Source: Podarcis gaigeae (taxonomy: Eukaryota). Taken from it: a stretch of DNA of 64,000 bases. The notes under the pieces are model-generated. The model saw only the letters and a program-made list of their open reading frames with translations. It made no database searches and was not told where the DNA came from. The position numbers and the translations under genes are program-made. Numbering within the stretch: position 1 is the stretch's first letter; every line of letters starts with the position of its first letter. Location: assembly GCA_964106915.2 (NCBI GenBank), contig OZ066920.1. One strand, written 5' to 3'. Positions 12,813 through 25,820 of this stretch are shown here, in pieces.

Positions 12813-15287
12813 AGAAGTGTCTTATATCTTCGGCAAATGACAAAGAAGATATTTCTTGCCAGTTTCTTGTATATGTGGGTGACAAGCAAAACACATGTCT
12901 AACCTTTTGTGATTTTGCAAAAGCAACAGCCCAGAATGTATTTTTTTATATTTTGTCATCCACAGTAACTCAAATTCTTTAGAGTATCAATAACAGTAGA
13001 GGAGAAGTCACCACATCTCCATCTACCTGCTTATTGTGAGAAACTTGAGATAATGTTACAAAAGGCTTCCAGGACTTGAAACAACTTTTTTCATTTAAAG
13101 AAATATAATGTCTTCAATAAACCTTCCTTGGATACTGCAGAGGTATGCATTTAAAACAACTGACATATGGTTTTATTGTAGAATAAGAATATTAATATTC
13201 CAGTTTTGTATACAGATGTTCCCCCACTTCTGTGAGATCCACCTGCATGCAACCATGTATATGCGTGGCACTGGAAAACAATTAAATAATTTAATTCAAA
13301 CCTGGAAATGCCAGGAGAGAGATGAAATGCCCATGTGGCTCACAAGTAGACCTTCCCTGGAGCCCAAAGAGGGCAGCAATTAGGGCAGAGGATGCCCGGA
13401 AGAGACCAGAGGGAAAGTAGGGCTTTGTTTAGGCTGTTCAGCCTCCCTGCATAACAGCTGATGTGCGGGGTATCACAGCAGAAGCCACTTTCCCATGCAT
13501 TCTGCAGTCTCCTGCTGGCCTCATAACTTCAATTCTAGTTGTGCATGTTTTTGGATACAGTAGAGCACCAGAGAGGGCATTTAAAAAGTGTTTGGAGGGG
13601 GGACACTTTTTACGCGATTTCAGTTATGCCTGCAGGGGCCAAGAACATAACCCCTGTGTAAGTGGAGGGAGACAGCTGTACTTTTCAGAACTATTCCAGA
13701 TGTTACACAGCACAAATCTTTGATTTGCTACAGATGTATGTATGACATTCAGTTAAATTTGGTTGATTTGCATGTACAGTATCTGTTTGACACACACTTA
13801 CAGATATGTGTTTATTGACGGCTTCCGTCACTTCAAAACCTGGCAACGTTGACCTGCGTGCTCAGTATTGTATTAACATTCCTATTGTTGTTGTGTGTTT
13901 TTAATTCACATGAAAAATATATAACATAGGTGCCCATTCAACTAATGTTTTAGATGCAAATGATTGTGATTTCAGTCAAATCCATGCATGTGTATTTGTT
14001 GTTTTATATGAAAGCAATGAATCTTGCATCCAACCCTTGCATCTGAGATGGACCACAAATGCAGTAAAGATACTCAACAACTGAATAAAAGAATAAACAA
14101 GAACTGGAAGTGTAAATGTGTTTCCATAGTGAAATATGAAGATGACACAATTTGATTAGAAGCAGATGAAATGAAGATTAGAAATCACAGAATAGTGTGG
14201 TAAAGTAAGGACTGTAAGTTTTTCCTGTTTGTATGCAAGAAGTTTCCTGCTCATATGGAAGAACTACATGTCACTGTGGAGGGCGGTGCATGCACTTCTG
14301 TCAGACTCTTTATTCTACACAATGTCTCCCACCAACATTTCCTAGCTGTCTACAGTAAAGTTTTGATACACATTGGCACTGTCTATAAAACTTCCAAAAA
14401 CAAATTTGGATACGCTTTCTCATCTTTACAGTCACATTTTTCTTAGAGCATCTCTCCTCCACCTAAGACAACAACAAAAATATAGTAAGGGGAAGGGCAA
14501 ATCGCATTACCCTGGTATCTCCCTAATTACAGAACTCTGGTTTTATTCTGAAGATCTTTTGGTGTCATGGCATTGAAGGTCTAAATGTCCCTACATTGCA
14601 TGGTCAGATAATAATGCTTCATAGGGCTTATAGAGCACAAAGGTAAAGAAAAACAAAGCAACTATCTTGTGAAGAGTTGTAAGATTTGAAGATAACAGTA
14701 GAGAATCTGAACATGCCCTAGCATTGTTACTACTGCTACTGTTAATGCACAATTAGATGTCACAGGCTCCAACGAAAAGCAGCAGTCGTCGTCCCCCCCC
14801 CCAAATATATTGTTATGAGTTTGTGGGTGCCAGACTCCCCTAAATTCCTGGACCCAACACAGGTTAAAATGTAATACAGGTGAGCTTCCTTATGAAGTAA
14901 TCACCTTGAAGATGAGCCATTAAGAAAGAACAAAGGAACGGCAATGGGCCATTAAGAAAGCAAAAGCTCTGGGCCAGACGGCAATTGGGTGGGCACCTCC
15001 CCTCCCTCAACTCAGAGTTAGAAGACAAAGCCAGAGTTCTACAGTAGAGTTTAGGATTGGAGTGGAATGACACAAGGCAGGACTATTGCATGGGAGGCTG
15101 GTATGCATCTTCCCTATTCCATCTACTCTTGATAGTCTTAAAAAATTTAAAAACCACCTCCTCAGTCAGTGTTCAAAATCTGGAAGGAAACGGGGCCCTT
15201 AATTAATCACACATCACCACTCCTTCACTCCCAGAAAACTTAGTCAGATAACACCCACACCCATAGAACTAAAACAGTACTAACAGA

Positions 15288-15427
15288 ATATCTGAAGAAG
15301 TGTGTGCATGCACACGAAAGCTCATACCAATAACAAACTTAGTTAGTCTCTAAGGTGCTACTGGAAGGATTTTTTTTTTTATTTTGTTTCGACTACAGCA
15401 GACCAACACAGCTACCTACCTGTAACT
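15288..15427 (+). mobile_element. Penelope-like element terminal-repeat fragment with minimal hammerhead core
   Basis: Flanked by 12-bp direct repeat AGTACTAACAGA (15276-87, 15428-39); contains CTGAAGA-hairpin(GTGTGCATGCACAC)-GAAAGCTC and GTCTCTAAGGTGCTAC, typical of reptile Penelope repeats (recalled). Confidence 0.7.
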
Positions 15428-16005
15428 AGTACTAACAGAGCCATCACAAAAGGTAACAAACCTGACTGCAAAATCAGATGCTCAATAAAGAGACATTGTT
15501 AGGCCTGGCCAATGTATTGATACATCGACCAGGATGGGTTTGAGAGCCAGAGCACAATGGTACCTTCACTTGGTGGTATATATGGCACCTTCACCAGATA
15601 TACTGAGGCAGTTTCACCCCAGTACCTCACATGGTTAGGCCTAATGCAGCTTATTCCTTGCTCCGCTTTTCAACATTGCAATGTATCACTATATCTCAAT
15701 GTCTGGTTGGTGATACATGGCTATGTTGAAAAGATGGTAACGCCCAACCCTAGACATTGTATGACCTCCACATAAGCTTTGTACAAGCAAATCAGGCAAT
15801 AAGACTGAAGAAAGGCATGGATTAGATAGATATCTAAGAACTGTGAGACAGTTATTAGGAATTTCTGCCGCTGTGAACCTTGAGTGCAAATAACACAAGA
15901 GGAAAGTTAAGAACATGAAACAAAGCCCATTCCAATAACCAGGTAGGCTAAAGATCAGCAGGAGCTAAGTTGCTGCTCAGATCTGAAAGGGTGGCAGAGA
16001 TGGGG

Positions 16006-16605
16006 TGTGATGGCCTGGGATTCCGATTCAGAGGATGAACCAGAGGAATCCCAGCCTGCACAGGAGTCCCCGCCTCCAGGGCCGTCTGAACTGGGGCAAG
16101 GCCTAGATGCTGAAGAGCCTGCACCTGTGGCAGAGCACCAGGAGCTGGCCCCAGGTGAAACCCTTCTGGCCCCAGAGGGGCTTGAGGACTCAGTGGCTAC
16201 AGGTGAGCCTCCTCCAGGGCCCAGTAACCCTTCGGCCTCTCCTGATCTGCAGAGGCTTAGGGCAGAGAGGCGAAGGGAACTGGTTGCTCCCAGGAGGAGT
16301 GCTCGCCTTAAGGCCAGAGGAGGCGGGGCTCCTGGGGGCCGGGACCGCCCCTGGCCTTAGAAGAGGATAAAAGCCCAGTCAGCCCGGTCCCAGGTTGCGG
16401 GAGCAACGTCGTTGTTGGCTTTGGACCTTCCTGTGTTCCTGATCCCTGCTCGGCCTCCTGTTCCTGACCATCCGGTGTTCTTGTTCCCTGCTCGGCCTCC
16501 TGTTCCAGCGTTCCTGTTCCCCGCCCGGCTCTCCGCCTCGGACCTCGCCCCTCTTCGTGTGGACTCAGACTACGCTCACGGTACCTTTCCCCCGGGTCCA
16601 GCACA
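16006..16605 (+). mobile_element. Solo LTR (600 bp, probably Gypsy-type)
   Basis: Termini TGTGATGG...CCAGCACA (7/8 inverted repeat, TG..CA); 5-bp TSD TGGGG (16001-5) / TGGTG (16606-10); abrupt GC/CpG-rich block; GC boxes (16322, 16345) then GATAAAA (16366-72) give + orientation; pyrimidine-rich tandem repeats at ~16430-16535. Confidence 0.8.
16010..16360 (+). other. Uninterrupted 116-aa ORF filling the putative U3 of the solo LTR (acidic/Pro-rich N-terminus, basic RRSARL C-terminus)
   Basis: ATG 16010, TAG 16358-60, ending just before the TATA-like box; translation unproven. Confidence 0.35.
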
Positions 16606-16889
16606 TGGTGTCAGCCAGCAACATAGTCACAGTGGCTGAAACAGAGAAAGGGGGCTGCCAGTAGTCTTATCCTAAGATGATTTATTTAAAATATGTCCTA
16701 AATTTAAATACAGTATTTATTTGAAACAATAAAGTAATTGCTTCATTATGTATGGACCCCCAAATACCATATATCTTTAAATATTTGTTATAAAAAGCAT
16801 AAACAGGCTTTCTCTAGGTTTTGTCATGCAATAATAGAACACTGAATATTGAATAAAGGAAACCAAAGTCTTGGCATTTATGTACTGAC

Positions 16890-19313
16890 CTGATGAATTG
16901 CTGCCTCCTCCGAAACTGTGTTAGAATCACCTATAACTAACAAAGGGCCTGGCTTATCAGGAGCCTGTTGTGGTGTCAGAGTATTGGTACAACTTCCGAT
17001 TGGAAAAAGGATCTGACTTTTCCGAGAGCCTGAAGGCAGTGAAACTTCGTGGCAATAAGACTGAAGAAATGCTCGAACTCCATCAATCCCCACAAACTGG
17101 GAGATGGGAGCACCATCCAAATGCACACTTCCATTGTCACACAACTGAGAATTTTTCCACCTGCGAAGTTTGAGTGCCAATAACACAAGGAGGAAGACAA
17201 GGAACAAGCAGGAGACAAAAGCCACTGCAGTCACCAAGTAGTAGGTGAGATCTGATTGTGGGTCTTCAGATACTGGGACACTGCTCAGATCAGTCAGCAT
17301 GTCAGGGATGCTGTCAGCCAAGACCACAGTGACAGTGACTGAAGCTGACATTGGAGGCTGCCCATTGTCCTTGACTAAAACCACCAGGCTTTGCTTGAGG
17401 GCATCTTTCTCCAGAAAGAACCGGGCTGTCCTGATCTCTCCCGTGTGGAGCCCCAGAGTGAAGAGCCCTGGCTCGGTGGCCTTGATCAGCTGGTAGGAGA
17501 GCCAGGCATTCTGGCCAGAGTCTGCATCCACGGCCACCACCTTAGTGACCAGGTAGCCTGGCTCAGAGGAGCGAGGGGCCAGCTCTATCCCTGTGGAGCC
17601 ATCAGTGGGAGGGGAGGGGTAAAGGATTTGGGGAGCATTGTCATTCTGGTCCAGGATGAAGAGAGTCACTGAAACGTTGGAGCTGAGTGGTGGAGAACCT
17701 CCATCCTGAGCCTTGACTAGGAACTTAATTTCCTGAAACTCTTCATAATCAAAGGAGCTCAAGGCATAAACAACCCCAGTTTCAGAGTTAATGGAGAGGT
17801 ATGAGGAGAGAGGCGATGTGCTGATTTGACTTTCAGTGATGGAATATACTATTCTGGAATTCTCTTCCCAGTCTGGATCACTTGCTTTCAGAGAAAAGAC
17901 TGAGGCACCTCTTGGATTATTTTCTAGGAGATAAGAGGTATAGGCTGACTGTAGAAAGAGTGGGGGGTTGTCATTTGTGTCTAACAGCTGCAGTGAAATA
18001 ATTGCAGAGGTTGATAATGTTGGAGTCCCATTATCAGTTGCTGTAATAGTGATATCATAGGTCGCCACTTGTTCCCTGTCAAGGGCTCTGTCTGTCACTA
18101 AAGTGTAAAAGTTGTCCATTGTTTTCTTTAGTTGGAAAGGAAGGCTATTGGGAATTGAGCACATAACCTCCCCATTGACTCCTGAATCTTTGTCTTGGAC
18201 ATTTAAAATGGCAATGACAGTTCCAGTTTGTGAATTCTCAAGGACAGAGTTGAGTTCAAAAGTTATTGTTATTTCAGGTGCATTGTCATTCAAGTCTGTA
18301 ACAAAGATCACAACCTTTGATCTGTCACTTAGACCGCCCCCATCCATGGCTTGCACCTCAAATTCATATAAGGATGATTCCTCAAAATCAAGATTCCCAA
18401 TAAGGGTGATTTCACCAGTTGTGGAATTTAACAGAAACATTTGGGAGTCCCTTTTCGTGATTTTTTGGACAGAGTATTTTATGTCTCCATTGATTCCTTC
18501 ATCCATATCAGTGGCTTGCACCGTAGAAAGTGTGGACCCCTTGGGAATATTCTCATTGACACTCACTTCATAAAGAGGTTGAGTGAAAACAGGTGCATTG
18601 TCATTTGCATCAAGAACAATGATGTGGATTTGTACTGTGCCAGACCTGATGGGATCACCTCCATCAGTAGCTGTGAGGAGTAGATCATAATCTGTTTGCT
18701 CTTCCCTGTCCAGAGGCTTTTCCAATACCAGCTCTGCATGTCTTGCCCCATTTTCTCCCGTTTGCACATCCAGAGAAAAATGGCTACTGCCTGTGAGTTG
18801 GTAGCTCTGTATAGAATTTATCCCCAGATCTGGATCCTGAGCTTCAGGAAGAGGGAAGTGGGATCCAGGTGTAGACAATTCACTGATTTTTAGTTCCCAT
18901 CCATTCAACAGAAAGAAGGGAGCATTATCATTTATATCCATGATTTCTACTTCAACAACATAAAGCTTTAAGTTGCTCTCAGCAATAACTTGAAACTTTA
19001 AGATGCACATTTCTGCCCTTCCACAGATTTTCTCTCTGTCTATTCTCTCAGAGGTTTGTAAATGGCCAGTATTGAAATTCAGTTCAAAATACTGAATCAT
19101 ACCTGTACTAGTTACAATGCGGAGTCCATGGTCCAAAAGCTGCTTCCGATCTATCCCCAGGTCCTTTGCAATATTCCCCACAAATGAGCTTTTCTGCATC
19201 TCCTCTGGAATGGAGTAGTGGATCTGTCCAGAAACTGCCTTCCAAATATTCACCGTTAGAATGCATTGTATGATTATTTCTTTGTAACTCCAGGGCCTCT
19301 GTTTTCCTTCCAT
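16890..19313 (-). CDS. PCDHGA: Protocadherin gamma A-like variable exon 4
   Basis: ORF 16878..19313; six EC repeats, [20 protein letters not shown], gammaA-type [10 protein letters not shown] motif; donor CAG|GTCAGT at 16890/16889. Confidence 0.93.
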
Positions 19314-19483
19314 TTCCTTCCACGAAAAGGAATACTACTAGTTCTTGTTCAAATAGCTTTTATCTGTCCTTTTTTATTTTTAAAGCAAAACCTGCATCAT
19401 TTTGTTCCCTGAACTGTCAGTTCCATTCCAGCCTATCTGCAAGAATGGGCAGGCTGGATCGCTCCATGTGTTACTCTGCTGGA

Positions 19484-19524
19484 TTGGTCAACAGCGACAC
19501 CCAGAGTCACAGTGACAAAATGCA
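19484..19524 (-). promoter_or_regulatory. CSE / CTCF site, exon 4 (CGCT intact)
   Basis: GACTCTGGGTGTCGCTGTTGACCAA; paralog of 1173-1213. Confidence 0.85.
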
Positions 19525-20848
19525 GGTGCTTCACACCAGAGTTGTAATCATTCTGCTTTTCATCATGACTTTTTTTAGTGCTGCTTATGCAAAGGTTATT
19601 TGATTCAACATTACAGGACTATATCGCTGCTATTCAATTACCATTATTTTTCAGGACAAACAGCTCTGTGTGCAAGGTGTACAGTAATATAGCTATGATC
19701 CATATATATGAATGGTGATGTTGTTTTTAAGGTTCAGGTGTCCTCAGATGTTGCCAACATTATAGCGGACTAACAAATTAGTGTCTGTTCCTATATTAAA
19801 AATGGGGGGAAATTGTTTGCATTTTTTAATGGGGGAAGGGGATTGCTGATTATCTTACACTTAGGTGGCCTAGGGTTTTCTCTTTTTATTCTTGTTTTTG
19901 AACTTAAAACAACAACTCCACACTGGTCACAGTAGTGTTGACGCTCTCTCTTCACAGCTTCTCAGTGGCTGCACTTCTTGGGAGTGATGGAATGCACATA
20001 GCGTTGTGCCATTCCCAAGGCATTCCAAGAAGTGCCTCCTGCAAGAAACTGGAGAGTGCGTTGTGACAATTCCCTCCGGCCACACTTCCTGCAGTGCCAT
20101 AGGTGATACATGACATGATGTAGCATGACCTCCCCAAGGCATTCCAGAAAGTGCAGCTGATGGGAAGTGGCAAAGAGAGCCTTGCACTACTGCTAGCGGT
20201 GTGCATTTAAAAAAAAATGTGAAAAAGCAAGAAAAAAGTGGCCGAGAACCTTCAACCACATCATAAAGTAAAGTAAGGTAAATGAAAACTCCCCTAAACA
20301 CTTTGGTGAAATTTCCATTCCCTCTACCTAAACAAGAGCAATTATTCTTTTTCTGGGGTGGGGGTGTTGCAGTAATTAAAAGTGGTGAGCAGTTAAAGAA
20401 AAAGCTTCATAAAATTAAGACTTAATTTGGCATTATATATATAAGCAAGTCTTCAAAGATTTGTGCCTCTCCTAAAAGCCTTTCTCTTCTGTCACAGCTC
20501 ACCTGTCCTCTGAAGATGAGGGCGTCCAGAGGAGAGCCTCAGAAGCAGATGTCAGTGCTCAGGTAGGATCATATAGGATTCCTCTAGACTCCTTTCTCTC
20601 TCTAACTTGCATCTGTTTCTCGGACACCTGTGCATTTCCATTTGGTGCCCAGGTTCTTAAATCTTCACACTGAAGTGTCTTCATTCTTTTCAGAGAAGTG
20701 GAATTGTTGTGTCTTATTACTGACAGCTGATATTCATTAACCAATTTAAGTTGTCCCTCTTCAACCAAGAAAGTAAATGTAAAGAATCAAATGTCGATTT
20801 AAAGAAAGGCCACAACTGTATGTCACATTCACCCCAGCAGTGTAGGTA

Positions 20849-20954
20849 AGAAAGGTAACCCCAGTCATGACCGACTCTGGGGTTGTGGCACTCATCTCGC
20901 TTTATTGTCCAAGGGAGCTGGCGTTTGTCCGCAGACAGCTTCCGAGTCATGTGA
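20849..20954 (-). mobile_element. 5'-truncated Sauria SINE (3' end)
   Basis: CCAGTCATGACCGACTCTGGGGTTG...CTCATCTCGCTTTATTG...ACAGCTTCCGAGTCATGTG resembles the lacertid Sauria SINE; 15-bp TSD CCAGC(A/G)GTGTAGGTA at 20834-48 and 20955-69; empty site at 2526-2540. Confidence 0.85.
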
Positions 20955-23161
20955 CCAGCGGTGTAGGTACCTTCTTCTAAACTGAAAGGAGAGTCCATCT
21001 TGCCTTGTCTGCCTCCTTTAGGCAGCTCCACTCTGACTTGGATCTTTGGTTCGGTCCTAAGGCTGATCCATTTGCTGCCCATTTGTGGACCAGAAGAGGC
21101 TGCTCTTGCTATTGGTTGTCACAGGCCATTAAACATCTGGGATCAAGACCTCCTCCCCTCAGGGCCCACGGTTCCTCCATTTCCTTAGTGAGTGTCTCCA
21201 GTAAGCTTTCTTTCATGGAACACTTCAGTTTCTTCCTTCCCTTATCCTGTAGTTGCATATTACAACTCGTTATAATCAGTTCAGTATACCACACTACCAA
21301 ATGGCACCTAATCGAAGCATCTGCCCCACCGTTAAGGCAGTGCCATGCAGGTAACAAAATCCTTCCACTACAATCAATCTGATCAAACAATTACGTACCT
21401 TCCAACATTTCTCCAATGAAAATAGGGACATGCCTCCTGGCCACCTAAAAGACTTACCAGCTAATCCTAGGTAGATGGACTCTCAGACGGGACTGGGAGG
21501 AAGTCGTTCCAACAGCCTACTTCAGCCAGATCCAAAGAAGGCTTCCCCACAAGACAGAGCTTGGGCCTAGTCTAAACCATCTCATCTTCATTTACATGTG
21601 GGCAAAGATGCCCTTCCCTTCAGCAAGAGAGGGAATTCAATGGGACTTGCTCCTAGGTAAGTGTGAATAATCTTTCATTTATTTAGGGTGCTTCTCAAAG
21701 CTGCATTCCAAAAACAAACTGAAGTTGGCTGAGCATTTTCTTGAGCTTTAAGTTTGACTTCCTCAGAGTGGCTGTTGGGAGGCCCAAACTCCAAACAGTG
21801 TTAACGGCGGATCTCAAGCATGAAGTTAAAAACATATAATCATCTAGTTATTATAAGTTATTATGGGGGGGAAGGGGTTGGTACTCACCGTGAAGTTGTT
21901 ACAATAAGTGCCACACTTTTAACATTTGACAATAAAAAGTGCCGGCACTGCATACACTTGAGTATCCACAGAAAAAAAAGCACTGTCTTTATATATAAAA
22001 AATTATCATCAGTGGGCATGCATCTTGGCTACAATTCTAAGAGCAATTTTAAGTGTTTCCAAAGGCACATCCAACAGAAAGTTTGACCTTTTTTTAGCTG
22101 AACAGTCATTCGAGTCCATGCCTATCCCACCTCTTGCTCATGCCATATCATAAACTGTTTATGATACTCCTATCAGTTTTTTTTAAAAAAGAAAGCTTGT
22201 CATGTGAGTGACGGGGTGCATCAGAAGCACAAACCCAAGCCTCCTTTGGACGGGCATAACTACCCATGCTCTTACCAAATAAATTAAAGTATATGGAGTA
22301 GACATAGTGCATTAGTACCATTCACAATCCACAGAACAAAAATTTTAATTATACATATCTAAAGGAAGACAACAAAAACTGTCAAGGCTTGCGTGAATAG
22401 CACTGGTTAGATTCATTCCGTCTTACACTGCAGAATCAATTCACAAGCATACAAATGTGTCTACTTCAGAAGTGTGTTAAATTCTGTCCTCCAGTCTGAT
22501 GGAACAATGAAAGTTAATTGCCCATCTTTCCTATTTTAAATTAGGTTTTGTTTTCAACTTTACAAGCATATTGCTTATGTAAAATGCAATCTTTTTATTT
22601 GATGTTGGCATCTGTCATAGCTTTTGTTTGTAAAGTGTCATACACATATTTTACTTTTTTTTTTTGCAGGATTTATACACCACTTAACTGTGAAAATTTC
22701 TAAGCAGTTTACAAAAACATAGATAGCACTATATAAAAAATAGTAAATCATTTACATTTGCTTCAAATACAGTTCGCCTGAAATTTCTTCATTTTAATAA
22801 AATAGTTTCACCACAGTTCCCCCCTCATTCCTCAAGCTCTGACTTAGAAGTTATTGAGAGACTGACAACTGCCTAACCTTAAAACTGCTCACAATACCAA
22901 CAGCATCATAGTACATTAAATCACAGCATGTGGCCAAATGGTAACTAAGAGGACAATCTTATGCTCCTCTAGGAGGGAAGTTGCGGATCTGTAGGATTCT
23001 GTGAAACTTTCAGGGCTGGCAGAGAGATCCCCTGGTGCAGTTGGAGACCTTGCTGGCTTGAAATATAATATTCTTAAACTCGCAATAACAGCAAATAAAT
23101 TCAATCAAATAAACATATTGGATAAGTCAGCTTACTATATAGTGCAGAAAAAGGAACTCAC

Positions 23162-25591
23162 CATGTCAGTATTCTCCTTTTCAGAACTTAAATTACCTCC
23201 ACTGACCATCAAAGAAATGTCAGAGCTGCCATTGCAAAGGATGTTCTCTGCTATTTGGACAGTGGGCTGCAAGAAAGTCAATTCATTCCTCCTGGATTCA
23301 GAGGACAGACAGACCTGGTAGGAATAAGGCAAAGTTCCGTCCTCATAATTGGGTGGGAATATGGCACCAGCCTTTGAATGGGGGTCAGGAACAAAGCACT
23401 GAAGGAAAGTGGGGTTCCTTGACCTTCGAAGCTTCATCAGAATGGTCAGAATCACTGTCACCAGGAACAGAAAGGACACCAAGGTCAAGGCCAATACCAA
23501 ATAAAACTGTAGATCAGACTGATACTCTGAGTCATTTGGTTGGGAGTTCATTTCTGGAAGAGCCTCCTGGAAGTTCTCAGCAAACACCAGGCTCAACGTT
23601 GTGGTGGCTGAGAGAGGAGGATGCCCATTGTCCTTCACCAGGATGACCAGCCTCTGCTTCACTGCATCTCTCTCAAGTAATGCTCGGACTGTTTGCACCT
23701 CTCCTGTGTGGGAGCCAATGCTGAAGAGTGAGGGCTCTGTGGCCTGCAGGAGATGGAAGGAGAGCCAGGCATTGTGTCCCGAATCAGAGTCCACGGCCAC
23801 CACCTTCGTCACCAGATAACCCGACTCAGCTGACCGAGGCACCATCTCAAAGAAAGGTGAGCCCTCTGTTGATTGTGAGGGGTACAGGATCTGCGGAGCG
23901 TTATCATTTCGATCCAAAACACACACTGTCACTGTGGCACTGCTATTGAGTGGTGGAGAACCTCCATCTTGGGCCTTCACTTGAATCTGAAACTCCCTGA
24001 ATTGCTCATAGTCAAAGGAGCGTTGGGCATAGATGATCCCAGTCTCAGAGTTAATGGAGACATAGGAGGAGAGAGGCAGGTCCTTGATGTTGCTGTTAAG
24101 GATGGAGTAAGTGATTCTGGCATTGCGATCCAGATCTGGGTCAGAGGCCTTGACGTGGAAAATTGAAGCTCCAGATGCCTTGTTTTCTGGAACGTAGGCA
24201 GTGTAGGAAGATTTTTCAAAGGCTGGTGGGTTATCATTGATATCTGAGATCTGTATTGATATAGTTTTGTGTGTGGAGAGTGGAGGTGTGCCTTTGTCTG
24301 TGGCTGTGATTGTAATATTATACTCGGGAGTCCTTTCTCTGTCAAGAGCACCATCTATGAGGAGCTTGAAGTAATTATCTGAAGATGAGACTATCAGGAA
24401 AGGTACAAGTTCCTTCAGGTGACAGGTGACTTCTCCGTTATCCCCAGAATCCCTGTCCTGAACTTTAATGAGAGCAATCACAGCTCCAGATGTGACATCT
24501 TCTGGAACTGGGCTGGACACGGAAGTAAGGATCACATCTGGAGCATTGTCATTCTCATCAAGAACCTCAACCTCCACTTTGCAATGTGCCACCAAACCTC
24601 CTCCATCACTTGCCTGAATTATCATCACATAATACTGACTCTCTTCAAAATCAACACTTTCTATGAGTGCAATGGTTCCATCTCTGGGATCCAGATGAAA
24701 TTTCTGCTCAGCTGTTTTTGAGATGTCACTGAATGTATAAGTGATCTCAGCATTGGACCCTTCATCACTGTCAGATGCTTTGACTTGAAGCACAGAGGTT
24801 CCTTTGGGTGCACTCTCCTTCAGGCTCACTTTATAGATTGTCTGGGTGAAAACAGGGGCATTGTCATTAATATCAATAACTGTTACCAATATTTTGGCTG
24901 TTCCGGTTTTTGGAGGTTCTCCGCCATCCATTGCTGTAAGCACCATGTGGTGCATCTGTTCCTTTTCCCTGTCCAGTTGTTTCTGCAATATTAATTCTGC
25001 ATATTTTCCGCCATCATTGCCAGCTTGAATTTCTAGTTTGAAATATGGAGTTGAGCTCAACTGATACTTCTGGAGGGAGTTTGTTCCGATATCATCATCT
25101 TCAGCATTTCCAAGAGCAAATCGAGTTCCTGGCAGAGTAGACTCACTCAATTTAAGCTCAACATTTTCATTCCGGAAATATGGGGAATTGTCATTAATGT
25201 CTTGGATAAAAATATTTATGTGGAAAATATTCAAAGGATTGTGTGCCACAACTTCCAATTTGAGGACACAAGTGGATGATTTACCACAAATCTCTTCCCG
25301 GTCTATCCTCTCATTCACATATAGGTTGCCATTTTGTTCATTCAAATCAAAGAATTGCTTTTCTGAAGAAATACCAAGCTTGCGCTTTGACAGCTCTCTG
25401 ACATCCAACCCCAGATCTTTAACAAGGTTCCCCACAAAGGAGCCCTGCTCTGCTTCCTCTGGAACTGAATACTGAACCTTCTCAGACGCTACCTGGCAGC
25501 AGAACACAGACCAGAATATGAACAGAAACAGTACTTGCCTCTTGGTGATCTCCCTTGTTCTCTCTGCCTGCTTTATTTCCATCACATCCAT
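23162..25591 (-). CDS. PCDHGB: Protocadherin gamma B-like variable exon 5 (paralog of exon 2)
   Basis: ORF 23135..25591; GTLPYSY; donor ATG|GTGAGT at 23162/23161. Confidence 0.93.
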
Positions 25592-25820
25592 TGCATTTCC
25601 TGATTTCTTCCTTCTTTCAGTATAGTTTGCAAGACCCCCAGTACACTTATGTGAGATAACAGAAATATTGTTCTTTTGAGCTGATTCTTGGGAAACGGAG
25701 AGCTTTCCTTTCTTGAGCAGCTTTTAAAATAAAAGCTTTTCCTTTCTGCTCCGCTGATGTGTTAAGAGAGAGAGAGAGCTCCAAGAGTCTCAGAAATGCT
25801 GAGCCATGGCTGCTCCCATG

